A stretch of DNA of 64,000 nucleotides from positions 39,965 through 103,964 of the forward strand of contig CAWILJ010000001.1 in the NCBI GenBank assembly GCA_963836925.1, written 5' to 3'. The translations under genes and the position numbers were made by a program. Of the stretch, positions 16,094 to 25,483 are shown piece after piece; the first letter of the stretch is position 1, and each line of letters starts with the position of its first letter. This stretch comes from an uncultured Actinomycetes bacterium (GTDB lineage: Bacteria > Actinomycetota > Thermoleophilia > Gaiellales > Gaiellaceae). A model generated the notes under the pieces. The model saw only the letters and a program-made list of their open reading frames with translations. It did no database searches and was not told the origin of the DNA.

Positions 16094-17316
16094 GGATCCC
16101 CAAGGGGCTCACGGTGGCCACGGTCGCCGTGCTGGCCGCCGTGTGGATGGTCTCCGCGTACCTCCTCTGGGAGACCACCGTTCCCTCCTCGCTCCACCTG
16201 CCGCATGTCGACACCGCGGCGACCTTCCCGCGCGCCGTCCTCCACCGGGCCGACGCGTACGACCATGTCGCGAGTCTGCTGGGCGTGCTGGGTTTGCTGC
16301 TCTCGGTCGCCGTCTTCGCGGTCTACTCGCGGGTGGGGCCCGGCTTCGTGCGGGAGTCGGCCGCCGGGCCGCTCGGCACGGGAATGCTGCTCGGGATGCT
16401 CGGCTTCGGGCTTCTGTGGCTCGCCGAGGTCCCGTTCACGCTGCTCTCGATCTGGTGGGACCGCCGCCACGGCGTGAGCCACGAGAGCTACTGGAAAGCC
16501 GTGCTCGGTGGGTGGCTCGTGCTCGGGCTCGCCTTCGTCCTGCTCTGCGTCGCGTTGCTCATCGTGATGGGGCTCGCCCGGCTGGTCGGAGACCGGTGGT
16601 GGCTGCTTGCCGCCCCCGTGTTCGTCGGCCTCGTCGCCCTGTTCGCCTTCGCCACGCCCTATCTCGAACCGACCCACCCGATCGAGGAACCCCGGCTCGC
16701 GGAGGCCGTCGCCGCGCTCGAGAGGCGCGCGCACACCGGTCACGTGCCCGTGCGGATCGAGGACGTCTCTGGCTCGGCGCCGAACGCCGTGACCGAGGGG
16801 ATCGGACCGAGCCGGCGGGTCGTGCTCTGGGACACGCTCCTCGACGGCCGCTTCACGCCCGGCGAGGTGAAGGTCGTGATCGCGCACGAGCTCGGGCACG
16901 CCAAGCGCGAGCACATCCTCAAGTCGATCGCCTGGTACGCGCTCTTCGCATTCCCGGGCGCATGGATCATCAGCCGCGTCACCCGGCGGCGCGGCGGGAT
17001 GGGCGAGCCTGCCGCCGTTCCGCTCGCGCTGCTCACACTCGTCGTGCTCGAGCTCCTCGCGCTCCCGCTGCAGAACGCGATCACGCGCCACATGGAGGCC
17101 GAGGCCGACTGGCGCGCGCTCCAGACGACCCACGACCCGAAGGACGCCGAGTCGCTGTTCGAGAAGTTCGTCCCCACCACGCTCGAGGACCCCGCCCCTC
17201 CGACGTGGGAGTACCTCCTCGGCGAGAACCACCCGACGATCGACCAGCGGATCGCGATGGCGCGCGCCTGGAAGGCGCGCTACGCGACGTCCGACTCGGC
17301 GGCCCAGCTGCCGTAG
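16090..17316 (+). CDS. M48 family zinc metallopeptidase (HtpX/Ste24-like), membrane-bound
   Basis: GTG 16090 overlaps the upstream stop (GTGA). Several N-terminal TM segments. HELGHAKREH is a HExxH motif. Confidence 0.8.
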   Translation: MRIPKGLTVATVAVLAAVWMVSAYLLWETTVPSSLHLPHVDTAATFPRAVLHRADAYDHVASLLGVLGLLLSVAVFAVYSRVGPGFVRESAAGPLGTGMLLGMLGFGLLWLAEVPFTLLSIWWDRRHGVSHESYWKAVLGGWLVLGLAFVLLCVALLIVMGLARLVGDRWWLLAAPVFVGLVALFAFATPYLEPTHPIEEPRLAEAVAALERRAHTGHVPVRIEDVSGSAPNAVTEGIGPSRRVVLWDTLLDGRFTPGEVKVVIAHELGHAKREHILKSIAWYALFAFPGAWIISRVTRRRGGMGEPAAVPLALLTLVVLELLALPLQNAITRHMEAEADWRALQTTHDPKDAESLFEKFVPTTLEDPAPPTWEYLLGENHPTIDQRIAMARAWKARYATSDSAAQLP

Positions 17317-19088
17317 AGCTCGGCGTAACGGCCGCCGTGCGCGAGGAGCTCCTCGTGCGTGCCCTGCTCGACGACGATCCCGTGCTCCAGCACGACGATC
17401 AGGTTCGCGCGACGGATGGTCGAGAGGCGGTGCGCGATGATGAACGCGGTGCGGCCGTGGAGGAGCCGCCGGAGCGCGTGCTCGATGCGGCGCTCGGTGG
17501 CGATGTCGACCGAGCTCGTCGCCTCGTCGAGGATCAGGATCGCGGGATCGGCGAGGAGCGCGCGCGCGAAGGCGACGAGCTGGCGCTGGCCGAGCGAGAG
17601 GCGCGAGCCGCGCTCACCGAGGGCGGTGTCGAAGCCGTCCTCGAGCTGCTCGATGAACTCGTCGGCGCCCACTGCTCGGGCGGCGGCGACGATCTCGTCC
17701 CGGCTCGCTTCCGGCCGCCCGAAGGCGATGTTCTCCGCGACCGTGCCGGCGAAGAGGAAGCCCTCCTGCGGGACGATGCCGAGGCGCCGGCGGAGCGACT
17801 CCTGGGTGACCTCGCGGAGGTCGATGTCGTCGACCGAGATCGACCCCCGGGTGGGGTCGTAGAAGCGCGCGATCAGCTTCGCGATCGTCGACTTGCCGGC
17901 GCCGGTGTGGCCGACCAGCGCGACGGTGGTCCCCGCCGGGACGTCGAGGTCGATCCCGTGCAGCACCTCCGGGCCGGTGCCGTACGTGAAGTGGACGCCG
18001 TCGAAGCGGACGTGGCCCCGAACGTGCCCGAGCTCGGTCGCGGCGGCCTCGTCGGTGACCTGAGGATCCTCCTCGAGGACCTCCATGATCTTGTCCAGCG
18101 CGGCGACGGCCGAGAGGAACGTGCTGTAGAGCTGCGAGAGTTGCTGCACGGGGTCGAAGAAGGTCGTCGCGTACCCGAGGAAGGCGGTCAGGACGCCGAT
18201 CGTGGTCTGGCCGTCGAAGACCAGGTAGGCGCCGTAGCCGAGGATGATCGCGGTCGCGAGCGACGAAAGCAGGTCCACGAACGGGAAGTAGACGGCGTTC
18301 TGCACGACCGTCTCCTGGTTCCGCTGGCGGTAGGCCTCGCTGACGCGGCGGAAGTTCTCGGTCGCGGCGCGCTCGCGCGTGAACGCCTGGAGGACGCGCA
18401 TCCCGGCGATGTCCTCGGCGAGGGTTGCCGTGACCGCGCCGAGGGTCTCCCTGACCGCGCGGTAGGAGGTGCCCGACTTCTTGCGGAAGATGACCGAGGC
18501 GATCGCGAGCGCCGGGATGACGACGAGCGTCGCTAGGGCGAGCTTCCACGAGAGGATGAAGAGGATCACTGCGGCGCCGACGAGGGTGAGGGTGTTCTGG
18601 ATGAGCGAGGTGAACCCGTCGGTGACGAGCTGGTCGAGCGCCTCGACGTCGTTCGTGATCCGGCTGATGAGGACGCCGGCGCGGTTGCGCTCGAAGAATC
18701 CGAGCGACAGGCGCTGGAGGTGGCGGAACAGGTGGTCGCGGAGGTCGGCGAGCATCCGCTCGCCGGTCCAGCCGGTGAAGTACGTCTGCCCGTAGGAGAA
18801 GACGACGCCGGCGATGCTGATGAAGACGAACGCGGTGACGAGCAGGCTGAGCGAGCCGTGCCGCGTGCCGCTGACGACGTCGACGGCGCGGCCGATCAGG
18901 AGTGGCGGCACGAGCGAGGCCGCCGTGGCTGCGAGCAGCGAGGCGATCGCCGCGACGGTGCGCCACTTGTACGGCCGCGCGAGCCGGTAGAGCGCGGTGA
19001 GCCGCCGCTTCGTCGCCGCCCACGACCAGTCGTCGACGGCCACCTTCCGGTGCTGCACCAGACTCGATCCGGGTTGCCAGACCCTCAT
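17280..19088 (-). CDS. ABC transporter permease/ATP-binding protein (exporter half-transporter)
   Basis: 602 aa with 6 TM segments plus an NBD. Walker A GHTGAGKST, signature LSLGQRQ, Walker B ILILDEATS. Confidence 0.9.
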   Translation of the reverse strand: MRVWQPGSSLVQHRKVAVDDWSWAATKRRLTALYRLARPYKWRTVAAIASLLAATAASLVPPLLIGRAVDVVSGTRHGSLSLLVTAFVFISIAGVVFSYGQTYFTGWTGERMLADLRDHLFRHLQRLSLGFFERNRAGVLISRITNDVEALDQLVTDGFTSLIQNTLTLVGAAVILFILSWKLALATLVVIPALAIASVIFRKKSGTSYRAVRETLGAVTATLAEDIAGMRVLQAFTRERAATENFRRVSEAYRQRNQETVVQNAVYFPFVDLLSSLATAIILGYGAYLVFDGQTTIGVLTAFLGYATTFFDPVQQLSQLYSTFLSAVAALDKIMEVLEEDPQVTDEAAATELGHVRGHVRFDGVHFTYGTGPEVLHGIDLDVPAGTTVALVGHTGAGKSTIAKLIARFYDPTRGSISVDDIDLREVTQESLRRRLGIVPQEGFLFAGTVAENIAFGRPEASRDEIVAAARAVGADEFIEQLEDGFDTALGERGSRLSLGQRQLVAFARALLADPAILILDEATSSVDIATERRIEHALRRLLHGRTAFIIAHRLSTIRRANLIVVLEHGIVVEQGTHEELLAHGGRYAELYGSWAAESDVA

Positions 19089-19166
19089 TGCGCCGCGCTT
19101 CCGCTCCGGAACCTCGCACCGTGACGAACCCGGAACGTCGCCGGAAACGAGGGCGTCCTGCGGCGG

Positions 19167-19187
19167 GTCGTCACGCTTACGTCACGT
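19167..19187. promoter_or_regulatory. GTCGTCACG-N5-GTCACGT motif (also at 53108-53128), overlapping the 10-bp palindrome GTCACGTGAC (19181-19190)
   Basis: Read directly in the 142-bp spacer between the two ABC genes. Confidence 0.4.
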
Positions 19188-19230
19188 GACCTGCTGCCGG
19201 ACACGGCCGGAAGGGGCCGGCCCGCGGAGT

Positions 19231-21003
19231 TCATGCCACTTCCTGTTCGGCGACCGTGTGCTCGAAGCGGCCGTGCTCGTAGATCTCGCGGTAGACCTCG
19301 CTCGCCGCGAGCACCTCCTCGTGCTGCCCGCGCGCGAGGATCCTCCCGTGGTCGAGCACGACGATCTCGTCGGCGAGGGCGATCGTCGAGGCGCGGTGGG
19401 CGATGATCACGGTCGTTCGCCCGCGCATCGCCTCGCGCAGCCCGAGCCGGATCCGTGCCTCCGTCGACGGGTCGACCGACGCGGTGGCGTCGTCGAGGAT
19501 CAGCACCCGCGGGTCGACGACGAGCGCCCTGGCGATCGCGAGCCGCTGGCGCTGCCCGCCGGACAGTGTGATCCCGCGCTCGCCGATGACGGTCTCGTAC
19601 CCGGACGGGAGCCGCTCGATGAAGTCGTGGGCCTGCGCGAGACGCGCCGCCTCCTCGATCTGCTCGTCGGTCGCGTCGGGACGGCCGAACGTCAGGTTCT
19701 CGCGCACGGTGGCCGAGAACAGAAACGGATCCTGCGCGATCACGCCGATCTCGGCCCGCAACGACGCGATCTCGACGTCGCGCACGTCGGAGCCGTCGAG
19801 CGAGACACTTCCCGCCTGCACGTCGTAGAAACGAGGGATCAACGAGGCGAGCGAGGTCTTGCCCGATCCCGTGTGCCCGATCAGCGCCACCGTCTTGCCC
19901 GGCTCGAGCACGAGGTCGATCCCGTGCAGGACGGGCCGCGCGGCGTCGTAGCCGAATGTCACGCCGTCGAAGCGGACGAGCCCCGGCCCGGCAGGCAGCG
20001 CGCCGGCGCCCGGCCGGTCGCGGATCTCCTCGGGTTCGTCGATGATCTGGAAGATCCGCTCGCCGGAGGCGGTCGCCCGCTGCCCCTCGCCGATCCACAT
20101 CCCGAGCATCCGCAGCGGGAACACCATCATCGAGAGCCAGAGGTTGAACGCGACGAACGCCCCGACCGACATCGAGTGGTCCTGCACCATCTTGCCGCCG
20201 GCGAGCAGCACGGCGGCCTGCGCGAGCAGCGGCACGAACGAGAGCACCGGGACGTAGAAGGCCCGCTGCCGGTTCGCCCTCACGCTCTGGGCGAAAAGCG
20301 TCTCCGTCCGGGTCTCGAACTTGTCCTGTTCCGCCTGCTCCTGCGCGAAGGCCTTCACGACGTGGACGCCGACGATGTTCTCCTCGGCCACCGTCGCGAC
20401 GTCCGCCATCCTCTGCTGCACGTCTCGCAGCACCGGGTGGGACACGATCGAATAGCGGTAGGCGGTCGCAATCAGCACCGGGGCGATCGCGAGCACGACG
20501 AGGGCGAGCTTCCACGAGTAGACGAAGAGCAGCACGAGCACGCCCACGACCGTGAACACGTGCTGGAAGAAGAAGATGAGCCCGTAGCCGAGGAAGAAGC
20601 GGACGCTCTGCAGGTCGACCGTCGCACGTGACATCAGCTGCCCGGTCTGCGCGCGGTCGTAGTAGCCGAACGACAGCCGGATGAGCTTCGCGTAGATCGC
20701 GTTCCGCATGTCGAGCTCGACCCCGAGCGCCTGCTTGCCGGAGATCAGCCGCCGGCCGACCATGGCGGCCGCCTTGATCACGCCGATGACCAGGACGACC
20801 CCGATCAGCTCGGGGACGAGCGTCTTGTTCTTGTCGTCGATCGCCTGGACGACCTCGCCCGTCAGGAAGGGAAACGCGAGCGCACCGGCCTGGGACACGA
20901 TCGCGAGCGCCACCGAGCCCCACAGCGTCGCCCGGTATGGCTTCAGGAACCCGAGCAGGCGCCAGAAGGTCGTGCTGTTGCGTGCCCCCTCCGATTGGCG
21001 CAT
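19231..21003 (-). CDS. ABC transporter permease/ATP-binding protein (exporter half-transporter)
   Basis: Frame of ORF 19231..21726, with the start at MRQSEGARNSTTFWRLLGFLKPY (ATG 21001-21003). Walker A GHTGSGKTS, signature LSGGQRQ, Walker B VLILDDATAS. The upstream part of the ORF is antisense to ftcD. Confidence 0.9.
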   Translation of the reverse strand: MRQSEGARNSTTFWRLLGFLKPYRATLWGSVALAIVSQAGALAFPFLTGEVVQAIDDKNKTLVPELIGVVLVIGVIKAAAMVGRRLISGKQALGVELDMRNAIYAKLIRLSFGYYDRAQTGQLMSRATVDLQSVRFFLGYGLIFFFQHVFTVVGVLVLLFVYSWKLALVVLAIAPVLIATAYRYSIVSHPVLRDVQQRMADVATVAEENIVGVHVVKAFAQEQAEQDKFETRTETLFAQSVRANRQRAFYVPVLSFVPLLAQAAVLLAGGKMVQDHSMSVGAFVAFNLWLSMMVFPLRMLGMWIGEGQRATASGERIFQIIDEPEEIRDRPGAGALPAGPGLVRFDGVTFGYDAARPVLHGIDLVLEPGKTVALIGHTGSGKTSLASLIPRFYDVQAGSVSLDGSDVRDVEIASLRAEIGVIAQDPFLFSATVRENLTFGRPDATDEQIEEAARLAQAHDFIERLPSGYETVIGERGITLSGGQRQRLAIARALVVDPRVLILDDATASVDPSTEARIRLGLREAMRGRTTVIIAHRASTIALADEIVVLDHGRILARGQHEEVLAASEVYREIYEHGRFEHTVAEQEVA

Positions 21004-21009
21004 CGCCCC

Positions 21010-21015
21010 AGCGTA
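21010..21015 (-). promoter_or_regulatory. -10-like TACGCT, 6 nt upstream of ATG 21003 (leaderless-type)
   Basis: The minus strand reads TACGCT-ggggcg-ATG. Confidence 0.4.
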
Positions 21016-21030
21016 CGCAAGCATTCCGGG

Positions 21031-21894
21031 GTGCTGCCGCTCGAGTCGGTGCCGAACTTCTCCGAGGGTCGCGACCGTGCGACGATCGACGCGATCGGCG
21101 CCGCGGTGGCCGCCCACGCGCGGCTTCTCGACGTTCACGCAGATCCGGACCACAACCGCTCGGTCTTCACGCTCGTCGGCGACGAGGGCGAGCTCGTCGA
21201 GGCGCTCGTGGCCGGCGTCGCTGCCGCGCGGGAGCGGATCGACCTCCGCCGCCACGAGGGTGCCCACCCGCGGATCGGTGCGGCTGACGTCGTCCCGGTC
21301 GTCCCGATCGATCCTGCCGACATGCTCCGCGCACGCGCGGTGGCGGGGATCGTGGGCGCCCGGCTCGGCGAGCTCGGCCTCCCGGTCTTCCTCTACGACC
21401 CGCCCGCACGCGGGCCCGCCTTCTACCGCCGCGGAGGCCTGGGCGAGCTGCAACGTCGGATCGACCATGGAGAGCTCGCCCCCGACTTCGGCCCGGGTCG
21501 GCTCGACGCCGCGGCCGGCGGGGTGATCGTCGGTGCCCGGAAGCCGCTCATTGCGTTCAACGTCAACCTCCGCGGCGACGTCGAGGTCGCGCGCGAGATC
21601 GCCGCGATCGTGCGAGAGGTCGACGGCGGATTCGAGGGCGTCCGTGCGCTCGGGCTCGATCTCCCGACCGCCGGGCTCGTGCAGGTGTCGATGAACATCG
21701 AGGACTGGGAAGCCTCGCCGCCGCACGAGGTCGTCGCGCGGATCCGGCGCGAGGCGTGGCTGCGAGCGGTCGCGGTGACCGGAAGCGAGCTCGTCGGCCT
21801 CATCCCGGCCGGCGCCGTCGTCGCCGCAGCGGGCCCGGCGCTCGGCGTCGACCTCGACGCCTCACGCGTGCTCGAGCTGCGCCTCCTGGCCTAA
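21031..21894 (+). CDS. ftcD: glutamate formimidoyltransferase (FtcD N-terminal-domain type)
   Basis: VLPLESVPNFSEGRDRATIDAIGAAV... is the characteristic N-terminus. GTG 21031 was chosen, and TTG 20995 is possible. Confidence 0.8.
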   Translation: MLPLESVPNFSEGRDRATIDAIGAAVAAHARLLDVHADPDHNRSVFTLVGDEGELVEALVAGVAAARERIDLRRHEGAHPRIGAADVVPVVPIDPADMLRARAVAGIVGARLGELGLPVFLYDPPARGPAFYRRGGLGELQRRIDHGELAPDFGPGRLDAAAGGVIVGARKPLIAFNVNLRGDVEVAREIAAIVREVDGGFEGVRALGLDLPTAGLVQVSMNIEDWEASPPHEVVARIRREAWLRAVAVTGSELVGLIPAGAVVAAAGPALGVDLDASRVLELRLLA

Positions 21895-23130
21895 CCGGGC
21901 GGCCACAAAGGCGCCGCCGAGACCGACGACGGCCACCGCCACGCCGGCAGCCGCGAAGAGGGGCCGTGCCGCAGCCACGGCGAACAGCGGCGAGACGAGG
22001 AGCAACCCGGTCGCATGCGAGCCGCGGTGAACGAACGAGATCACGCCGAGCACGCGCCCGAGCACCTCGTCGGGGATCTCTTCCTGCGCGGCGGAGTTGA
22101 GCAGCACGTACGAGGAGCTCTCGGCAGCGCCTGTCCCGACTGCCGCCGCGAATGCGACGGGCACCGACCCGGCGACCGCGAGCAGCAGGTACGCCGGGAG
22201 GTCGACGATCCACGCGAGCATGCTCGCGCGGGCCTTACGGCGGAGCCGCGTGCGCGCAAGCCAGGCGCCGGTCGCGATCGAGCCGACCGCGAACCCGATC
22301 ATCACGATCGAGAACCCGCCGGCGCCCTCGTGGAGCGACCGCTGGATGAGCGTCGGCACACCTGCGATCCAGCAACCGGTGGTGATCGTCATGGCGATCC
22401 CGAAGACGACCACGGCCGACGACAGCGTGCGCCGTGGACGGAGCGCGTCGATCCCCTCGCGCAGCCGCGGCGCCTCGCCGTGCGCGGCCCGACCGCGTCC
22501 GGCCCGGATGCGGAGAATGAGCGCGGCCGAGGCGAAGAAGGTCGCCGCGTCGATTGCGAAGAACGTGCCGAGCGGAACGAAGGCGAGCATGCCGGCCGCG
22601 ACCGCCCAGCCGCCGACCGAGAGCGCCTGCGCCGTCGCCTGCACGAGCGCGTTCGCACCCTGCACGTTCTCCCGGTCGACCAGTGCCGGGATCGTGGCGC
22701 CGTAGGCGGGAGTGAAGTAGCTCGTCGCGGTCTCGAGCAGGAACGCGGCGACGACGAGCCCCCAGAGCGGCAGCGAGCCGTCGATCGCCGCGATCGCGAC
22801 CGGGACGAGCACGATCCCCCGGGCGAGGTCCGCACCGACCATGAGCCTGCGCCGGCTCCAGCGATCGGCCGCGACGCCCCCGTGAAGGCCGAAGACGATC
22901 CCGGGGACGCTGTCGGCGAGGCGCACCGCGACGACCCCGAGCGGGCCTCCCGTTCGTAGGGCGAGCCACATGAGCGCGATGTAGTTGAGAGCGTCGCCGA
23001 GCTCGCTGATCGAGACCGCCGCGAAGAGCGTCCCGAAGTCTCGGCGCCTGAGCAGGGTGAGAGAAGACGGGCGGCGCGCGGGCTCGGTGAGCTCGACCTC
23101 GCGCGGCAGGCCGAAGACCGGATCGGACAC
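21862..23130 (-). CDS. MFS transporter
   Basis: About 12 TM segments, with LLRRRDFGTLFAAVSISELGDAL.. and ADRWSRRRLMV. GTG 23130 lies 6 nt after CACACT (minus strand, 23137-23142). The ORF extends to TTG 23178. Confidence 0.7.
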   Translation of the reverse strand: MSDPVFGLPREVELTEPARRPSSLTLLRRRDFGTLFAAVSISELGDALNYIALMWLALRTGGPLGVVAVRLADSVPGIVFGLHGGVAADRWSRRRLMVGADLARGIVLVPVAIAAIDGSLPLWGLVVAAFLLETATSYFTPAYGATIPALVDRENVQGANALVQATAQALSVGGWAVAAGMLAFVPLGTFFAIDAATFFASAALILRIRAGRGRAAHGEAPRLREGIDALRPRRTLSSAVVVFGIAMTITTGCWIAGVPTLIQRSLHEGAGGFSIVMIGFAVGSIATGAWLARTRLRRKARASMLAWIVDLPAYLLLAVAGSVPVAFAAAVGTGAAESSSYVLLNSAAQEEIPDEVLGRVLGVISFVHRGSHATGLLLVSPLFAVAAARPLFAAAGVAVAVVGLGGAFVAARLGQEAQLEHA

Positions 23131-23151
23131 AGCTCGAGTGTGCACGCTCGC

Positions 23152-23157
23152 TAACCT
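23152..23157 (+). promoter_or_regulatory. -10-like TAACCT, 7 nt upstream of ATG 23165 (leaderless-type)
   Basis: TAACCT-gagtgtg-ATG, back to back with the MFS promoter candidate. Confidence 0.4.
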
Positions 23158-23164
23158 GAGTGTG

Positions 23165-23593
23165 ATGGCCACGCGCAAGCAGCGCTCGAAGCGCGCGAAG
23201 ACCTTCCGCCACGACTATGCGCTCGTCGTCGACGACGAAGAGGGGAACGAGGTCGAGATCTCGGCGGCCGAGGCGCGCGCGAAGAAGCAGGGGACGCCGG
23301 GCCTACCTGCGAAGGCGCCGGCGAAAGGGGCTTCGGGCGGCCGCGGAAGCTCGTCGCACGTGCCAAGCCGGCCGTCGTGGAACCGCTCGCTCAAGAAGGG
23401 CTTGCCGTGGGGCCTGGTCGCCGGCGTCGTCGTCACGTTCCTGCTGCACGGCTCGCCGATCCTCGGCCTCGTCTACGCGCTGATGTTCGTCCCGTTGACC
23501 TACTGGACGGACTCGATGGTCTACCGCCGCTGGCAGCGCAAGCAGGCGGGCGGGTCTCGGCCCCGCCAGGGCAAGACCGGCAAGACCCGCTGA
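23165..23593 (+). CDS. hypothetical membrane protein (142 aa)
   Basis: Basic N-terminus MATRKQRSKRAKTF, two predicted TM segments (LPWGLVAGVVVTFLL, ILGLVYALMFVPL) and a basic tail. Confidence 0.5.
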   Translation: MATRKQRSKRAKTFRHDYALVVDDEEGNEVEISAAEARAKKQGTPGLPAKAPAKGASGGRGSSSHVPSRPSWNRSLKKGLPWGLVAGVVVTFLLHGSPILGLVYALMFVPLTYWTDSMVYRRWQRKQAGGSRPRQGKTGKTR

Positions 23594-23602
23594 CCGCCTC
23601 AT

Positions 23603-23608
23603 TAGACT
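23603..23608 (+). promoter_or_regulatory. -10-like TAGACT, 7 nt upstream of ATG 23616 (leaderless-type)
   Basis: TAGACT-cggcgcc-ATG. Confidence 0.45.
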
Positions 23609-23615
23609 CGGCGCC

Positions 23616-24251
23616 ATGCCGCTCGCAGTCAGCCGTGTGGTCACCCCGCAGTTCGGGGAGAACGCCTACGTCGTTCGCGCCTCCGACGAGTCGCTCGAGG
23701 CGGTCGTCGTCGATCCCGGCGGCGAGCCCGGCCCGATCCTCGCCGTGCTCGAACGCGACGGCGCGACTCTCGCCGCCATCCTCGTGACGCACACCGACAT
23801 CGACCACATCATGGGCGTCGCCGACCTCCATCTCGCGACGGGCGCCGAGGTGTGGGTGCCCGCCGGCGAAGCCGACGTGCTGCGCACCGGCGCCGCCCGG
23901 GCAGGTGGCGGCGTCTCGCCGCACGACCCCGAGCACCTCGTGGCCGACGGCGACGTCGTGCGGGCCGCCGGGCTCGCGCTCGACGTGGTGGGCATCCCGG
24001 GCCACTCCGCCGACCATGTCGCCTTCTGTACGGACGGGTCGCTCTTCTCGGGCGACCTGCTGTTCGCGAGCTCGGTCGGCCGGGTCGACCTGCCGGGAGG
24101 CGACTGGACGACGCTCGTCGAGTCGATCCGGCGGCTGCTCGACCGCTACGGGCGCGACGCGGTCGTGTACCCCGGCCACGGCGACTCGACGACCCTCGGG
24201 GTGGAGCTCGAGTCGAACCCGTTCCTCGGCGAGCTCCGCGCCCCGGGCTGA
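23616..24251 (+). CDS. MBL-fold metallo-hydrolase (glyoxalase II-like)
   Basis: Contains VTHTDIDHIMG (a variant of HxHxDH), GIPGHSADH and YPGHGDST. Confidence 0.8.
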   Translation: MPLAVSRVVTPQFGENAYVVRASDESLEAVVVDPGGEPGPILAVLERDGATLAAILVTHTDIDHIMGVADLHLATGAEVWVPAGEADVLRTGAARAGGGVSPHDPEHLVADGDVVRAAGLALDVVGIPGHSADHVAFCTDGSLFSGDLLFASSVGRVDLPGGDWTTLVESIRRLLDRYGRDAVVYPGHGDSTTLGVELESNPFLGELRAPG

Positions 24252-25483
24252 TGGCCGATCGCTTCCAGGCGCCGCGCGGGACGCACGACGTCCTGCCGGC
24301 GGACACGCTCTGGTGGCATGTCGTCCGGACCATGGAGACGCAGGCTCTTCTCTACGGATGGAGCCGCGTCCAGACACCCGGGTTCGAGGACACCGGGCTC
24401 TTCGCCCGCACCGCGGGCGAGGCCTCCGACGTGGTGCACAAGGAGATGTACACGTTCACCGATCGATCCGACCGGTCGCTGACCCTCCGGCCGGAGGGCA
24501 CCGCTCCGATCGCCCGCGCGTACATCGAGCACGGCCTGCACCGCGCCCCGCAGCCGGTGAAGGCGTACACGATCGCGCCGATGTACCGGTACGGGGCGCC
24601 CGGCCGCGGCCGCTACCGCGAGCACTGGCAGCTCTCGCTCGAGGCGATCGGGTCCGCGGGGCCGGAGATCGACGCCGAGGTCCTCCAGTTCTACGTCGAG
24701 CTCCTCGGCCGGCTCGGCGTCACCGACTGGGAGCTCCACCTGAACTCGATCGGTGACGCGAGCTGCCGGCCGCAGTACGTCGCCCGCCTCGACGAGTGGC
24801 TCGACGCACACGACGACGTCCTCGACGAGGACGCGCGCCACAAGCGGCGGACGAGCCCGCTGCAGGTGTTCGACGTGAAGAACCCCGTTCTCCGCGCGGC
24901 GCTCGAGGAGGCGCCGAAGATCGGCGAGTCGCTCTGCGCCCCGTGCCAGGCGCACTTCGACGGCGTCCGCACGCTCCTCGACGCGGTCGGCATCCCCTAC
25001 ACCCTCGACCACACGCTCGTCCGCGGCCTCGACTACTACACGCGCACCGCCTTCGAGTTCATCGGGCCCGAGGAGAACGTCAACTCGACGATCTGCGGCG
25101 GCGGGCGCTACGACGGCCTCGTCGAGGCGATCGGAGGGCCCCCGACCCCCGGGATCGGCTTCGGGGCCGGAATCGAGCGCCTCATGCTCGCGATCGAGCG
25201 TGAAGGGGCGGCGATCGAGGCACAGCCGATCGACGTCTTCTTCGCCGCCGACGGAATCGATCGCGGGCAGCTGCTCGCGATCATGAGCGAGCTGCGACGA
25301 CGGGACGTGGCCTGCGACTCCGACTACGCCGGCCGGTCGCTGAAGGGCCAGCTCACGCAGTGGGAGCGCACCGGCGCCTCGACGCTCGTGATCGCGGGCG
25401 CCGACGAGGCGAGGATCCGGCGGCGGGGACGGCAGGACACGGTGGTGGCGCTCGCGGACCTCATCGATACGCTCAACGCATGA
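24251..25483 (+). CDS. hisS: histidine--tRNA ligase
   Basis: MADRFQAPRGTHDVLP..., LTLRPEGTAPIARAY, YRYGAPGRGRYREHWQ and GGGRYDGL. Its start overlaps the upstream stop. Confidence 0.95.
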   Translation: MADRFQAPRGTHDVLPADTLWWHVVRTMETQALLYGWSRVQTPGFEDTGLFARTAGEASDVVHKEMYTFTDRSDRSLTLRPEGTAPIARAYIEHGLHRAPQPVKAYTIAPMYRYGAPGRGRYREHWQLSLEAIGSAGPEIDAEVLQFYVELLGRLGVTDWELHLNSIGDASCRPQYVARLDEWLDAHDDVLDEDARHKRRTSPLQVFDVKNPVLRAALEEAPKIGESLCAPCQAHFDGVRTLLDAVGIPYTLDHTLVRGLDYYTRTAFEFIGPEENVNSTICGGGRYDGLVEAIGGPPTPGIGFGAGIERLMLAIEREGAAIEAQPIDVFFAADGIDRGQLLAIMSELRRRDVACDSDYAGRSLKGQLTQWERTGASTLVIAGADEARIRRRGRQDTVVALADLIDTLNA

